Below, piece by piece: positions 21,301-29,378 of a DNA stretch of 64,000 nt (positions are counted from its first letter, which is position 1; each line of letters begins with the position of its first letter). Below the pieces are notes generated by a model. It did no database searches. It was given only the letters and a program-made list of their open reading frames with translations, and was not told the DNA's origin. A program made the translations under genes and the position numbers. The DNA lies in IMG/VR virus record IMGVR_UViG_3300045988_120604. One strand, given 5' to 3'. Source of the stretch: a virus.

Positions 21301-21727
21301 CATATCAAGGGTAACAACCCCTTATTTTCTGTACGGCGGTGATGAAGCATATACATCTGTTCCGGCTAAGGTAGAACAGATACCTGAGAAGATAATGGGT
21401 CGTAATGGCATTAAATTTGGTATGAGTGTAGTCGAGTTAACCAAATTAGGGTACAAAAAAGCTGGTGGAAACTGGATATATAAATTCTATATGAACTCAG
21501 GTGTGTATGATTTGTATAATATCAGTACCGGTGAAGCGTTTAGGGCAAAACCGGATCTTGGAGTTAAGATAAGTTCCAGTGCATTCATCCGCTCTTTATC
21601 TCAATCTGGTAGAAAAATACAAAATATGATGAGTAATATGAGCCAGGAAGAGATAGATAGGAATAAGAATCTCGTAGAAGGGTCTGATAATTCGGATTCG
21701 ATAAATGAGTTAAATAAGGAGTGTTGA
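15320..21727 (+). CDS. Giant virion protein (2135 aa); candidate ejected/cargo protein
   Basis: N-terminal region has Gly/Ala-rich hydrophobic segments (ALYGVSGVVGIIPAAY, GGLGVSSLGAIGAKVGMRVAGKMAASKIAASAV, IGIGALIGGLFGA). Long coiled-coil middle; Pro/Ala linker (QPAPPAQPAPAAQAAQ). No DxDGD motif found. Confidence 0.7.
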   Translation: MENKEQTLVEKSGFLSSTGLRGYNAGVPTRYEEESSLIEGAKREMERMKVGSYTPPVSAINPDDDSEKGSDISGIDTSFDVDTSFSGLKSALNGGDDPRKKKEESYNKLNSMIKSIQDKSRNTYSGKRTSYGEVIAGDQQSSAVDFGVFGKGRTIKLDEAYDFLSDGNIGLAKFKSYMPGRDNEDYYGRRQTTWDKAVNGMGKFVTKTALYGVSGVVGIIPAAYNLIKTGTLSSAFDNDFIRTINDIDERINHSLPHYYTREERDMGFLQSLGTANFIFNDVIGNGLSFMAGALLSVYFTGGLGVSSLGAIGAKVGMRVAGKMAASKIAASAVKSAFGAYRAGAMYGRAIGNMAKVGVNTFVGAGWESAVEAQSFMKDSESKYKEYFKNMYGRNPNQSETAEFKSSISDTANSIFLANMGIVGLSNYLLLGKYLGVDTGFASKYIPGLKGVSNTYRESKSFVDRYLFGLGTKKVAGDAGRLQTIKANLFQKSLATVWNVSKRPISEGVWEEGMQGVAQRMGEDFIRSRYDKTYLDATSSIVDSFSKAIAEQFTTKEGLKEIGIGALIGGLFGARNGAFGLYERRNKERTINTDVEEFNSNNAFTSQSVKDSMRNLAEFNAQMNDPESDYYSKFELSDRMGMLEDTANNFRSMVKSLDESELASEMKVDEETVKKYKEDIIKDFDKKLANYKKASSFAEVITAETSSDLYRSNVANAVFKGLDAEDMAMEVSNDIADYVNDNNLFDDINTFYSLSSQAFDTANQLRELRNEINDLNAEIERLATTPRRVEDGNDIEAEAIKQKTIKYDNLNKEYRRLSEDLLSSYKEVFYSFDPGVLAFELFKSETITAEDILKAYDSVASLSTYIENNKGKKEAEDLRNMVVKYQQAITQYKVLRSFMNSIQDKKFMRHDFSLFSKFLNDMVSSNTKSIESDRFYQTEDNNISLDEKIDELLNNGEINSDEAFTMKVFGHLNDGITQKPKEDILSDFDYESAMEDLLSAPIEVKERIVDKIYTGNQDLLSPREKEIYEKYKQDIDDYISNLGDSPAKMIKDLSDKVKRLTEPRSVYEDNNIIIDMAKSNLEPDQRQELDDAISSYVDIMNRRDKGEKVDEDKLADSVFTIEDLGQVGNITDLLPYIEQNRIIDKGRISESTLSNFGEDDANIDSLVNELDESDNTPGANIDSAQNPETLMVRRISNDGNERYEIAGLRADKFISSIKSLVPIQISSETNANGTKRYSLNIGGETATIMELPYHARWSIDKESARVLNRYTDVSIQDVGNSYSLVYKRLDSDELVPYRTGVGFGENEVDKIDQEALSSLKKGDKVNLEIDVNDTYNQSLFTEYNNAVQSGDRNKIESAENKLVSNMVIKVMSGNRFVSVVKADTGGIDGISKIRRTAFNKWKKDAGRSATVGVGTHVVAQTLPGRPVFNMKVNGQGYGQVENLPITEKGAEKVSDVGYVLNGKVVLKNGSKYTGFPFAYSILNDKGNNYKNVRVPVVVIKGKNGLNYLFPVSLRSVESEEGQKWMSFIDMLLESGDSELLQMGQDDIQDLNAYLTKLDLDPASYQVSYLNPISGLRKAREAIEKLSTVPDVVKWVEDGSRSVKDIVTSEVESGIDFEGEMFVAPKIRIQFGKSSSRPKSLIEDDLPFSDEGKTVTSKEDVDVYEEEMPEEGAVRGTQPAPPAQPAPAAQAAQSLPGKKRTSRKNFSLMLNEIESHIEKEGLPPYANIFDFIARKIVGGDLRFLRERGNPKSLKEEMGLEPKGTVGDKISTPSSKGGKTLEEYVSWLRSQTDQVVVDYVGPRSDEQIISELENFLKYINFVPSKALNYSLRVNGMDTLKEYGTKEEVEKMESDINSLVSKVLPTVDNQTIEDVSTAIESNNLPAIWEPVESLDMTNEGKIEFLNNVADFLSGIPEYDAVVESIESESDNILNDGKEGSAEGGAVRAEEDGDKKGDGEGKGQSRTNVEVKGNVELPGYTKGEIEKDEPRISEEPLTHISRVTTPYFLYGGDEAYTSVPAKVEQIPEKIMGRNGIKFGMSVVELTKLGYKKAGGNWIYKFYMNSGVYDLYNISTGEAFRAKPDLGVKISSSAFIRSLSQSGRKIQNMMSNMSQEEIDRNKNLVEGSDNSDSINELNKEC

Positions 21728-21729
21728 GT

Positions 21730-22260
21730 ATGAGAAGGAGATTTTTTAATGCTGCGGATAATTTCGTGGGAGGATGTTATAATAAGTTATCCAATGAAGA
21801 TATAAAAAGGCTTGGAGGAAAAAGACCTTATGTATGTCAGTTTAATAAAATTCATATACATATAGGACCTGTATTAAAAGATCATGATTCTGATGTTAGT
21901 TACATAATGTTTAATAGTAATTGGAATTATGGTGGTTATGAATCTATGGTTTATAATCATAGCAATAATGGTATTTTTATATTAGGTGAAAACAAAATTG
22001 GTAACATAGAAGATCATATACAAGATCTAACATATTGGTACGAATATGATCCAAGCATTAATGAAAATTATTGTTATTTTTATTATGAGGCTAATAACAG
22101 CGGAAATGCTATCAAGTTGAATGGTGAGTTTGGTGATACCAGTACTGTTTTCAACATTCCCAGCTTGGAAGTCACCACTCTTCGTGATGGCAGTTTGAGT
22201 TTTCCGGAGATTTATATAGAAGGAATTTGGGATCCGTCATTGTATAAGTCGGTTTTATAA
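21730..22260 (+). CDS. Hypothetical protein (177 aa)
   Basis: ATG 21730 sits 3 nt after the upstream stop, with taaggag 9 nt upstream. Confidence 0.5.
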   Translation: MRRRFFNAADNFVGGCYNKLSNEDIKRLGGKRPYVCQFNKIHIHIGPVLKDHDSDVSYIMFNSNWNYGGYESMVYNHSNNGIFILGENKIGNIEDHIQDLTYWYEYDPSINENYCYFYYEANNSGNAIKLNGEFGDTSTVFNIPSLEVTTLRDGSLSFPEIYIEGIWDPSLYKSVL

Positions 22261-22285
22261 TTAACTTTGCAAAAAAGTTAATTAT
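22257..22285. promoter_or_regulatory. Perfect 11-bp-stem palindrome ataattaactt-tgcaaaa-aagttaattat spanning the stop codon, 2 nt before the next ATG; no T-run
   Basis: Direct reading; the reverse complement of ataattaactt is aagttaattat. Confidence 0.5.
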
Positions 22286-22286
22286 A

Positions 22287-24545
22287 ATGGGTGTCAAATG
22301 TCAGATAGAAAAAAAGGAAAATGAAATAAAACGGGTTAAGGCTCCTAACGGGGAGCCTTCCGTTCTTTACGAAAGTGCTTTAAAAGTATTAGGAAACAGC
22401 GAGCGGGCCCTTCAGGTATGGGCTAAGGCTTACACTCCTGGTTTTTTGTCGTATTATGGTCATTGGAATAACCCGGCTCCAGGGGAGATGTTTAATACCG
22501 ATCCCAATGGCGAACCTCTTTTAGAAGACGTGCTGTCGTATATGAAGCGTCAGACTTATTTTGCTGATCCTTTAACGGCTCAGGACATTAAGGATGTAAG
22601 GGATTTCCTTTTGTCTACTCATTATTTTTTTAATGCGTCTTCATTGTCTAATGCTATTCTCTTCGATTTTTATGTAGATGGCAGTTTGATACTGAATGAG
22701 CAGAAATTAAGGAGATCCGGTTTGTATGATGAAACAGAGATAAGTCGTATTTTATCCGATCCTTCTGTTTTAAATGAGGTTTCGACTTCCATGAGAAAGT
22801 TAATAGATTATTCTATTAACGAACATGATAGGGAAAAGGATAATTATTTTATGTCTGTTGACTATCAGTATGGTCCTATTGTTTACAAGGAGGGAGTGTT
22901 TAACCAATTTGGTAAAAAAGTACCATATAATCCTTCTGAGCTTTATTGGGCTATGGGCAAAACAGTAGCCGGCATAAAAAACTTTTCTGAATTTTCATCT
23001 GCTTTTGAATCGTTGAGAAACTCATACCCTGAACTGGTTGAGAAATTCGTTTCTGATAAAGAATTTGCCGAATCTATGTTTGATGAGTTCTCATCTACGA
23101 ATAAGATTCCGGTAATAAACATAGAAGGGGATGATGTGGTAGAAGGCAAGAGAAGATCCTTGTCTAAGCTACAAGATCTGTCTTATTACAATCCTGGCAA
23201 AATAGAGTTCCTAAGAGCTCGTATATCAGCTTATTTACATAGGGCTAATGCCGACACCGAATCCGACTTAAGAAGCATGATATGGGATATAGAAGAGGCT
23301 TGTACGTGGTTTGGCATAGATATAATAGGGACATCGGAAACTTATGATGGCACAGAAGAATCTTTGAATAAGATAGATAATTTGATGCTGGATCTTGATA
23401 TTTATGTGGCCAGGCATAATGATGTAAATTATGCTCCAACGCTGGCATCTTCTATAGATGATATTCTTGGTGATAGCACAGATTATTATTTTGGATTATT
23501 ACCGGAGTATATGGATAATTTGAATATCGTTTATTCTGAATCCGATATAGACCCAGTAGAGGCATTTGAGAAACATTCATTGCTTAAGGTAGGAGATAAT
23601 CTATATCAAAGGATCAGCAAAGATGATCTTAACGAGATGTATCAAATATCAACAGTATTAGCCAAGCACAACCTAACTCATTTTTCTACTAAAATATATC
23701 CTGAATCTTGTTTTAAGAACGGCGTTTTGGATAAAGAGAAAGTACGGAACGTAGATAATAATACGCTCATGGATTCCATTAAAAAATACGTCAGATCGTT
23801 CATGGATTCTCAAAACACAGAGGACATGATAATGACCAGGATGGCGTTTGGGCACCCGGCGGTACTTGACATTTCTTACGCGGATATGGATCGGGAGTAT
23901 AGTCGATACATGAACAAAAAACAAGATAGCGAAAACCCATTATCCTTATTCGATTTATACCAATCTTACCTTGACAACAAACTCCATAAAACAAAATTAT
24001 ATGATAATGCCTATAAGTATCTTGACTTCAAACCTGGTTCATCTTTGGGCCTTATTTCTGATGATCCTGATATTCTGAAATCAATAGAATTATCTTTATC
24101 TGGAAAAGACAGGTTGATGTTGTTTGATTATAGCATGACCAGCACCGATCCTTCTTTATCAAAATTGTTTTATTTGGATAGGTATGACCCTTCGTATGCC
24201 GATAATGATTTTGAACATTATTTTTACACCAGGCACCCGTATCTGTTAAAAGAAAAATCGGGTCCTAATATCGTAGAGCAAGATGGTGTTATAACAGCCG
24301 AAGGTATTTATGATAATTTTATAAGAGTAGGTAATAAGATATGGTCTAAAGTAAGCGAAAGTAGTTCCGGCTCTATCTACCAAAATCTGACAGGAACCGA
24401 ATCGGAGGTGAAATACGATTCTACTCAGAAGGTTAAGACGGTAGAAACCGATTACGCTCCATACCAAAACAGATCTGGCCTGACGCAAGATATGATCGTA
24501 AGCAAGTCTGAATTGGATGATCTTAACAAATTAGAATGCAGGTAA
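22287..24545 (+). CDS. Large hypothetical virion protein (752 aa)
   Basis: Long ORF with no recognisable motif. Confidence 0.6.
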   Translation: MGVKCQIEKKENEIKRVKAPNGEPSVLYESALKVLGNSERALQVWAKAYTPGFLSYYGHWNNPAPGEMFNTDPNGEPLLEDVLSYMKRQTYFADPLTAQDIKDVRDFLLSTHYFFNASSLSNAILFDFYVDGSLILNEQKLRRSGLYDETEISRILSDPSVLNEVSTSMRKLIDYSINEHDREKDNYFMSVDYQYGPIVYKEGVFNQFGKKVPYNPSELYWAMGKTVAGIKNFSEFSSAFESLRNSYPELVEKFVSDKEFAESMFDEFSSTNKIPVINIEGDDVVEGKRRSLSKLQDLSYYNPGKIEFLRARISAYLHRANADTESDLRSMIWDIEEACTWFGIDIIGTSETYDGTEESLNKIDNLMLDLDIYVARHNDVNYAPTLASSIDDILGDSTDYYFGLLPEYMDNLNIVYSESDIDPVEAFEKHSLLKVGDNLYQRISKDDLNEMYQISTVLAKHNLTHFSTKIYPESCFKNGVLDKEKVRNVDNNTLMDSIKKYVRSFMDSQNTEDMIMTRMAFGHPAVLDISYADMDREYSRYMNKKQDSENPLSLFDLYQSYLDNKLHKTKLYDNAYKYLDFKPGSSLGLISDDPDILKSIELSLSGKDRLMLFDYSMTSTDPSLSKLFYLDRYDPSYADNDFEHYFYTRHPYLLKEKSGPNIVEQDGVITAEGIYDNFIRVGNKIWSKVSESSSGSIYQNLTGTESEVKYDSTQKVKTVETDYAPYQNRSGLTQDMIVSKSELDDLNKLECR

Positions 24546-24587
24546 TTTTTGTACATATATATAGTTTTTTCATAGTTATAATTTGGG

Positions 24588-24617
24588 AAGTGAGGCTTGT
24601 GAAAGTCTCACTTTTCT
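24588..24617 (+). terminator. Rho-independent terminator (aagtgag/ctcactt stem, 12-nt loop, tttctc tail)
   Basis: Hairpin 24588-24613 followed by a T-rich run, 43 nt after the stop at 24545. Confidence 0.5.
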
Positions 24618-24767
24618 CATATATGTACGTATATCAATAACATACAAGAAAAGTTAGATTTTCATTGTTTATGAATTATTTTTATTAAGTTTGCAATATT
24701 AGTTTCAGGAAGGGATTATGGAAATAAGGAAAAAGTAAGAACCGAACGTAACTAATAACAGTAGGAA

Positions 24768-24965
24768 ATGAGAATCAGTACCATTAAACGTAACAACAGC
24801 ATTCATCTTATGTATAAAAACATTATGAATGATTTAGGTCAATTAAGAACTGTAGTTTCAAAATCCTATATTTATAATCTGATACAAAATCAAACCGGAT
24901 TAAGTATCAGAACTATATCCCATGTACTTAACCATACCAAAGAACAGGATACGGATTCTTTGTGA
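24768..24965 (+). CDS. Small putative HTH protein (65 aa) upstream of tnpB
   Basis: GLSIRTISHVLNH resembles a LacI/Xre-type HTH recognition helix. No HuH (TnpA) motif. Weak. Confidence 0.3.
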   Translation: MRISTIKRNNSIHLMYKNIMNDLGQLRTVVSKSYIYNLIQNQTGLSIRTISHVLNHTKEQDTDSL

Positions 24966-24969
24966 AAAG

Positions 24970-26545
24970 CATGTGTTTTCATACATTTGTGTGTTCTTTA
25001 GTTTTTAGATAGTCAAACTATTTGTTTATTTTATTAATAATGATCATATTTGTTATATAAATAATTAAAATGAAACTCGTTGAAAGACATATAGTTAAAG
25101 ACAATCGGTTTGAGGATATTTGCCTCAAATCAGGTTTGTTGTATAATTATGTTCTTTACAATATTCGTCAAGGAATTTTTTCTGGTAACTATCTTAAAGA
25201 GTTTGAGCTTTCAAGCAAACTTTGTAAAGAAAACCAATTTGACTTCAGGAATTTACCTAATCATGTTTCACAGCAGGTGATTAAACAGGTATTTAAAAAC
25301 ATAAAATCCTGGATGAAACTCAAGAAAGATTTTGAAAAGAATCCTTCAAAATACGGTAATCATCGTCCACATCTTCCTTCATACAAACGAGGTAAAAAAC
25401 AAAACATTTTTGTTTTTACTAATTGTGATTGCAGGATAAAAGATGATGGTTATATCCATTTTGTCAAAAACACAATTAAACCGATCAAAACGAATATAAA
25501 GAAAGATGAATTAAAACAAGTTAGAATCATACCTCAAGCCACCTGCTATGTAGTAGAGGTAGTTTATGAAAGAAAGGAAACTGATCTTAGTTTAGATAAA
25601 GACAATTTTCTTTCGATTGATTTAGGATTGAATAATTTATGTTCATGTATTAGTAATGTGGAAATCAGTTCTTTCATTATAAACGGACGGGTTATAAAAT
25701 CAGTAAATCAGTGGTACAATAAGAAGAAGGCTAAGTTGATGTCTTTTGTTGGTAATAAGGGAACTTCAAATAAGATTAAAAGGATTACTTTATTACGAAA
25801 CTGTTGGATAGAAGATAAGTTGCATAAGATCAGTAGATACATTGTAGACTTTTGTAAATCTAACAATATAGGAACAATCATCATTGGATTAAACAAAGAA
25901 TGGAAAAACAAGATAAATATTGGTAAACGAAATAATCAACATTTTGTTTTTATTCCTCATTCAAAGTTAATAGATAAGATTGTTTACAAAGCGAAGCTTT
26001 TAGGAATTAACGTTGTTATTCATGAAGAATCTTATACATCAAAGATCGATCATCTTGCTTTTGAACCTCTAAAGAAACAGGAATCCTACTTAGGAAAAAG
26101 GGAGAAACGTGGATTGTTCCAAAGTTCAGTTGGAAAGTTAATCAATGCAGATATCAATGGAGCTATTGGGATAGCAAGAAAAGTAATCGGTGATTCTTTT
26201 ATCAAAAAGATAATCGATAGTGGATTTGTGTTTAATCCAGTTAGATTAAATATTTTGTAATATAAGATTGAATCTAATAAATAAAATGAGTAATTTTAAT
26301 AACATTTAAGTTTTTCATGGTATTAGTTTATATTAGTGTAGATCAGGGTTCGCAGTGATGCGGGCCCTGGTTTGATTTAAAAAGTATTAAAATATTTGCT
26401 ATTTAAGATCCTGTTCCTATCTCTGTTCCAGAAACAATGAACAACGAGATCCCACCTCTGGTTGTTTGATGTTGAAAGATATTTTTGGCTCATTAGGGTT
26501 TGTCATAGTGGAATCTGACATTCTCTTTTGGGCCTATTTTTTTTA
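24970..26545 (+). mobile_element. IS605-like tnpB-only element; boundaries not resolved
   Basis: tnpB plus a 287-bp structured non-coding tail. No terminal inverted repeats detected for this copy. Confidence 0.4.
25070..26260 (+). CDS. tnpB: IS200/IS605-family TnpB (OrfB) RNA-guided nuclease homolog, tnpA-less
   Basis: RuvC-I SIDLGLNNL (D), RuvC-II HEESYTSK (E), RuvC-III NADINGAIGIARK (D). The Zn-finger cysteines normally found between RuvC-II and RuvC-III are absent. Confidence 0.85.
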   Translation: MKLVERHIVKDNRFEDICLKSGLLYNYVLYNIRQGIFSGNYLKEFELSSKLCKENQFDFRNLPNHVSQQVIKQVFKNIKSWMKLKKDFEKNPSKYGNHRPHLPSYKRGKKQNIFVFTNCDCRIKDDGYIHFVKNTIKPIKTNIKKDELKQVRIIPQATCYVVEVVYERKETDLSLDKDNFLSIDLGLNNLCSCISNVEISSFIINGRVIKSVNQWYNKKKAKLMSFVGNKGTSNKIKRITLLRNCWIEDKLHKISRYIVDFCKSNNIGTIIIGLNKEWKNKINIGKRNNQHFVFIPHSKLIDKIVYKAKLLGINVVIHEESYTSKIDHLAFEPLKKQESYLGKREKRGLFQSSVGKLINADINGAIGIARKVIGDSFIKKIIDSGFVFNPVRLNIL

Positions 26546-26547
26546 TT
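26200..26547 (+). ncRNA. Candidate omega-RNA (reRNA) scaffold / right-end region of the tnpB element
   Basis: By established TnpB biology, the guide RNA derives from the 3' end of tnpB plus the right end. The region has GC-rich hairpins such as cagggttcgcagtgatgcgggccctg (26345-26370). No homology check is possible here. Confidence 0.3.
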
Positions 26548-27426
26548 ATGGATAAAGTTTCTGTTTTTGAAAGTTCAGATTTTGGAGAAATTCGTGTCAT
26601 GGTTATAAACGATCAGCCTTGGTTCGTGGGTAGTGATATAGCATCAGCCCTTGGTTATTCAAATGCTTCTAAAGCTGTTTCTGCTCATGTTGATGAAGAA
26701 GATATCGACAGGATATTACTCACTGATTTAGAGCGCTTTACCCAAAATGGGAAAAGCAGAATAAATAATTCTAAAGTAATGATAATCAACGAGTCAGGTG
26801 TTTATAGCTTGATATTATCATCTAAGCTTGATTCAGCAAAGAAATTTAAGAAATGGGTAACATCTGAGGTTCTTCCTTCTATTCGTAAAACAGGAGGATA
26901 CAAAACAAGTCCAGGCGGCAAGGGGATTTTGGTTCCTGATTTTTCCAATCCAGCAGAGGCAGCAAGGGCCTGGGCTGATCAGTACGAAGCTGCCCAAAGA
27001 GCTATAGCTGAAAAGTCGCAGGCAGAGGCAGAGAAGCAACAAGCTTTGAAAACAATAGAAGAGCATAAGCCTGATGTGGAATTTGCCGAGTCTTTTAGGA
27101 AGGTAGCCCATAATAATATGTGGTTGATTCGTGATATTGCTAAAAAGTTAGAACAGAATGGAATCATCATCGCCGAAAAGAATCTTCGATCATTTCTTGA
27201 AGAAGCTAAGTTTATGTTTAGAAACGGTCTTGGAAAATGGGAACTATATAGTAATGTTGTAGCTAAAGGATATGGAGTATATAGATCTTATTTTGTTGAT
27301 AAATATTCTGGTGAAAGAGTTAATCAACAAACTATCTACATGACAGGATCTGGATACGAAGTGACCCTCAATGGCATAAAAGGAAAACTCAAAAATGTGT
27401 TTCTAAAATATGGCAAGTTTGCTTAA
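26548..27426 (+). CDS. Bro-N domain antirepressor-like protein with a KilA-C/ANT-like C-terminal region
   Basis: N-terminal FGEIRVMVINDQPWFVGSDIASALGYSNASKAVSAHVDEED closely matches the Bro-N consensus (compare P22 Ant). Confidence 0.8.
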   Translation: MDKVSVFESSDFGEIRVMVINDQPWFVGSDIASALGYSNASKAVSAHVDEEDIDRILLTDLERFTQNGKSRINNSKVMIINESGVYSLILSSKLDSAKKFKKWVTSEVLPSIRKTGGYKTSPGGKGILVPDFSNPAEAARAWADQYEAAQRAIAEKSQAEAEKQQALKTIEEHKPDVEFAESFRKVAHNNMWLIRDIAKKLEQNGIIIAEKNLRSFLEEAKFMFRNGLGKWELYSNVVAKGYGVYRSYFVDKYSGERVNQQTIYMTGSGYEVTLNGIKGKLKNVFLKYGKFA

Positions 27427-27455
27427 GTTTATTTACAGGTAGTGTTTTAAAAGAA

Positions 27456-28711
27456 GGTGATTATATACCACTTTACACCAAAAGCGTAAAGTAATACACA
27501 TTTATACGGAAATTCGTACCGGGTTACACCAAAACCCTCTACCTTCTGGTAACATCGTTACATCAAAGGATTCTTTTTCCGATTTACGGATGATGTTAAA
27601 AGCACCATTGATATCAGCATTAATTGTCTTACCAGAAGAGGTTTTAAACAATCCTCGTTTAATCCTTCTTCCTTTGTAAGATTCATGTTTGCAAATCCGT
27701 TCATTATCTAAAAAGCTACATTTTGAAGTATAAGATTCTTCAACGATCTTAACATTTATTCCTTCTAATGTTGCTTTATAAGATATCATTGAAATAAACA
27801 TATTAAAAGGAATAGATACAAAGTTCTGATTATTTCGTTTTCCGATATTGATCTCTTGTTTCCAGCATTTGTTATGACCGATTATGATCGTATTAATACC
27901 ATTGGAAACTACATGATTAACCAATATTCTACTTGCTTTATGCAGATAGTCTTTGATCTTGTTATTCCTTTTGTCGGTTAATGACCTTATTTGTTTTGAA
28001 ATCTGTTTATTGTCTTTTAACTTAGATTTTAAGAATGCTAACCTTTTGTTATAATATTGGTTAATAGACTTTAGTGGTCTACCATTGATGATAAAACAAG
28101 AACCGTTGTTAGAAACACAAGATGCTAAATTATCTAATCCTATGTCGATGCCAAGATAGTTTCCATTATCTGACATAAGATTCTTTTCCTTCTTGTTGTA
28201 AACTATTTCAAGAACAATATACCCATTCTTAGGAATGAATCTAAGTTGTTGAATATTTTGTTTATTGGTTCTTGTGGTGAAAGAAAATTGCTTTGGTAAC
28301 TTAACAATGCCTTGTTTTATCCATTTTTGAGAAAAAGCATTTGTTGCAAAAACAGCAGGAAACAAACCACCCTTGTTGAGCAACCGGTGCTGGTAAAGCA
28401 CGATAGTCAACATCATTTTCTGTTCTTAACTTCTTTTCAAGAGAATAGTAGTTTAGGTACTTATACTTTACAGTATTATCATCCTTGTATTGAAAATAAT
28501 ACTGTCTAACAACATATAACCCTTTATTGTATAAGTTTTTACACTTATGCAATAGATCATAAAGTTCATTGTAATAAACAGAACTTGGTTTGATCGTATG
28601 TTGTTCGACTAATCTCATGACACAAATATAGAAATTATTATTTATAAAATTATTATTTATATATGAAAACAAATTGGCGTATTTGTGGTGTAAAGTTGTA
28701 TATAATTACCT
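27456..28711 (-). mobile_element. tnpB element bounded by ~24-bp imperfect inverted repeats (IR-L 27456-27479 ggtgattatataccactttacacc; IR-R 28688-28711 ggtgtaaagttgtatataattacc)
   Basis: 22/24 identity between the reverse complement of IR-L and IR-R. Similarity extends into flanking ttttggtg/tttgtggtg. Confidence 0.65.
27502..28672 (-). pseudogene. tnpB: IS200/IS605-family tnpB split by a +/-1 frameshift near 28385-28400 (N-terminal 123-aa ORF 28301..28672 plus C-terminal 304-aa ORF 27502..28416)
   Basis: The N-terminal ORF (MRLVEQH...DYRALPAPVAQQ) and the C-terminal ORF (...AVFATNAFSQKWIKQ...LGIDIGLDNL...EESYTSK...NADINGAFNIIRK) align co-linearly with the plus-strand TnpB but sit in different frames. 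The RuvC D-E-D triad is present; two Cys remain in the Zn-finger region. Confidence 0.65.
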
Positions 28712-28880
28712 AAAGATGTTAAAAATTGGCTCGAATCTCTACCAAAGATCTGAACCTATTTTTTTTAATACCAGGCCCGATTCGATTTTAACGTATCGGG
28801 TTTTTATTTTAATTCATATTGTTTTATTTTAAATCTAATTAATTCATGAATGTCGTACTTTTGTTGAAAAAGTATTCTAT

Positions 28881-29108
28881 ATGGAAAATAAGGAAGATTA
28901 CGTTGGTTACGAAGATCAAGAACTGTGTAACCGGTATTACAAAGAGGCTGAAGCCATGAGGCAAAAGCAGGACTGGTCTCGGCTTAGGGCTGTCCCTGCT
29001 CCGGCCAAGGGAACGCCTTCGCCCGGCTGGGGTCAGCTTGGACGTGGAAATGATGTCCGTGTTAAGTACGTTAGCATCAATTCAGGATTAGGAGGGGACA
29101 GATTATGA
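28881..29108 (+). CDS. Hypothetical small protein (75 aa) containing a GC-rich patch
   Basis: ORF ends in an ATGA overlap with the next ORF. Confidence 0.35.
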   Translation: MENKEDYVGYEDQELCNRYYKEAEAMRQKQDWSRLRAVPAPAKGTPSPGWGQLGRGNDVRVKYVSINSGLGGDRL

Positions 29109-29320
29109 CTGTAGAAGAATTGGCTAATAAAAGATACAGTGGCGAATTTGTTTTCATGCTTGGTCATTTGGAAGGTATAACAAGATTCGTTTTTGAATGT
29201 TTTGATCCCAGGCCTGATCACGAAGGTAAAAATACTTATATGGTTTCCTATTTTGATAAGGGACTTCGTAGAAGAGATGTGGTAGATGTGCCATGTTATA
29301 TGAATGTTTTAGCAAAATAA
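29105..29320 (+). CDS. Hypothetical small protein (71 aa)
   Basis: ATGA start/stop overlap with the upstream ORF. Confidence 0.4.
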   Translation: MTVEELANKRYSGEFVFMLGHLEGITRFVFECFDPRPDHEGKNTYMVSYFDKGLRRRDVVDVPCYMNVLAK

Positions 29321-29378
29321 ATTAAAATATTGTAAATATCGTGGTTAGAATCGCATATTTCGGAAGGTATTTGACGTC

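Noticed and set aside
15320-21727. Assigning the 2135-aa protein as the virion RNA polymerase
   Set aside because: No DxDGD or recognisable DPBB signature is visible. Only the 2140-aa ORF has a partial (DADGN) match, so an RNAP role is left as an open possibility rather than a call.
24768-24965. Small ORF upstream of tnpB as TnpA (Y1 HuH transposase)
   Set aside because: No HuH motif and no catalytic Tyr context. It is instead HTH-like, so the element is taken to be tnpA-less.
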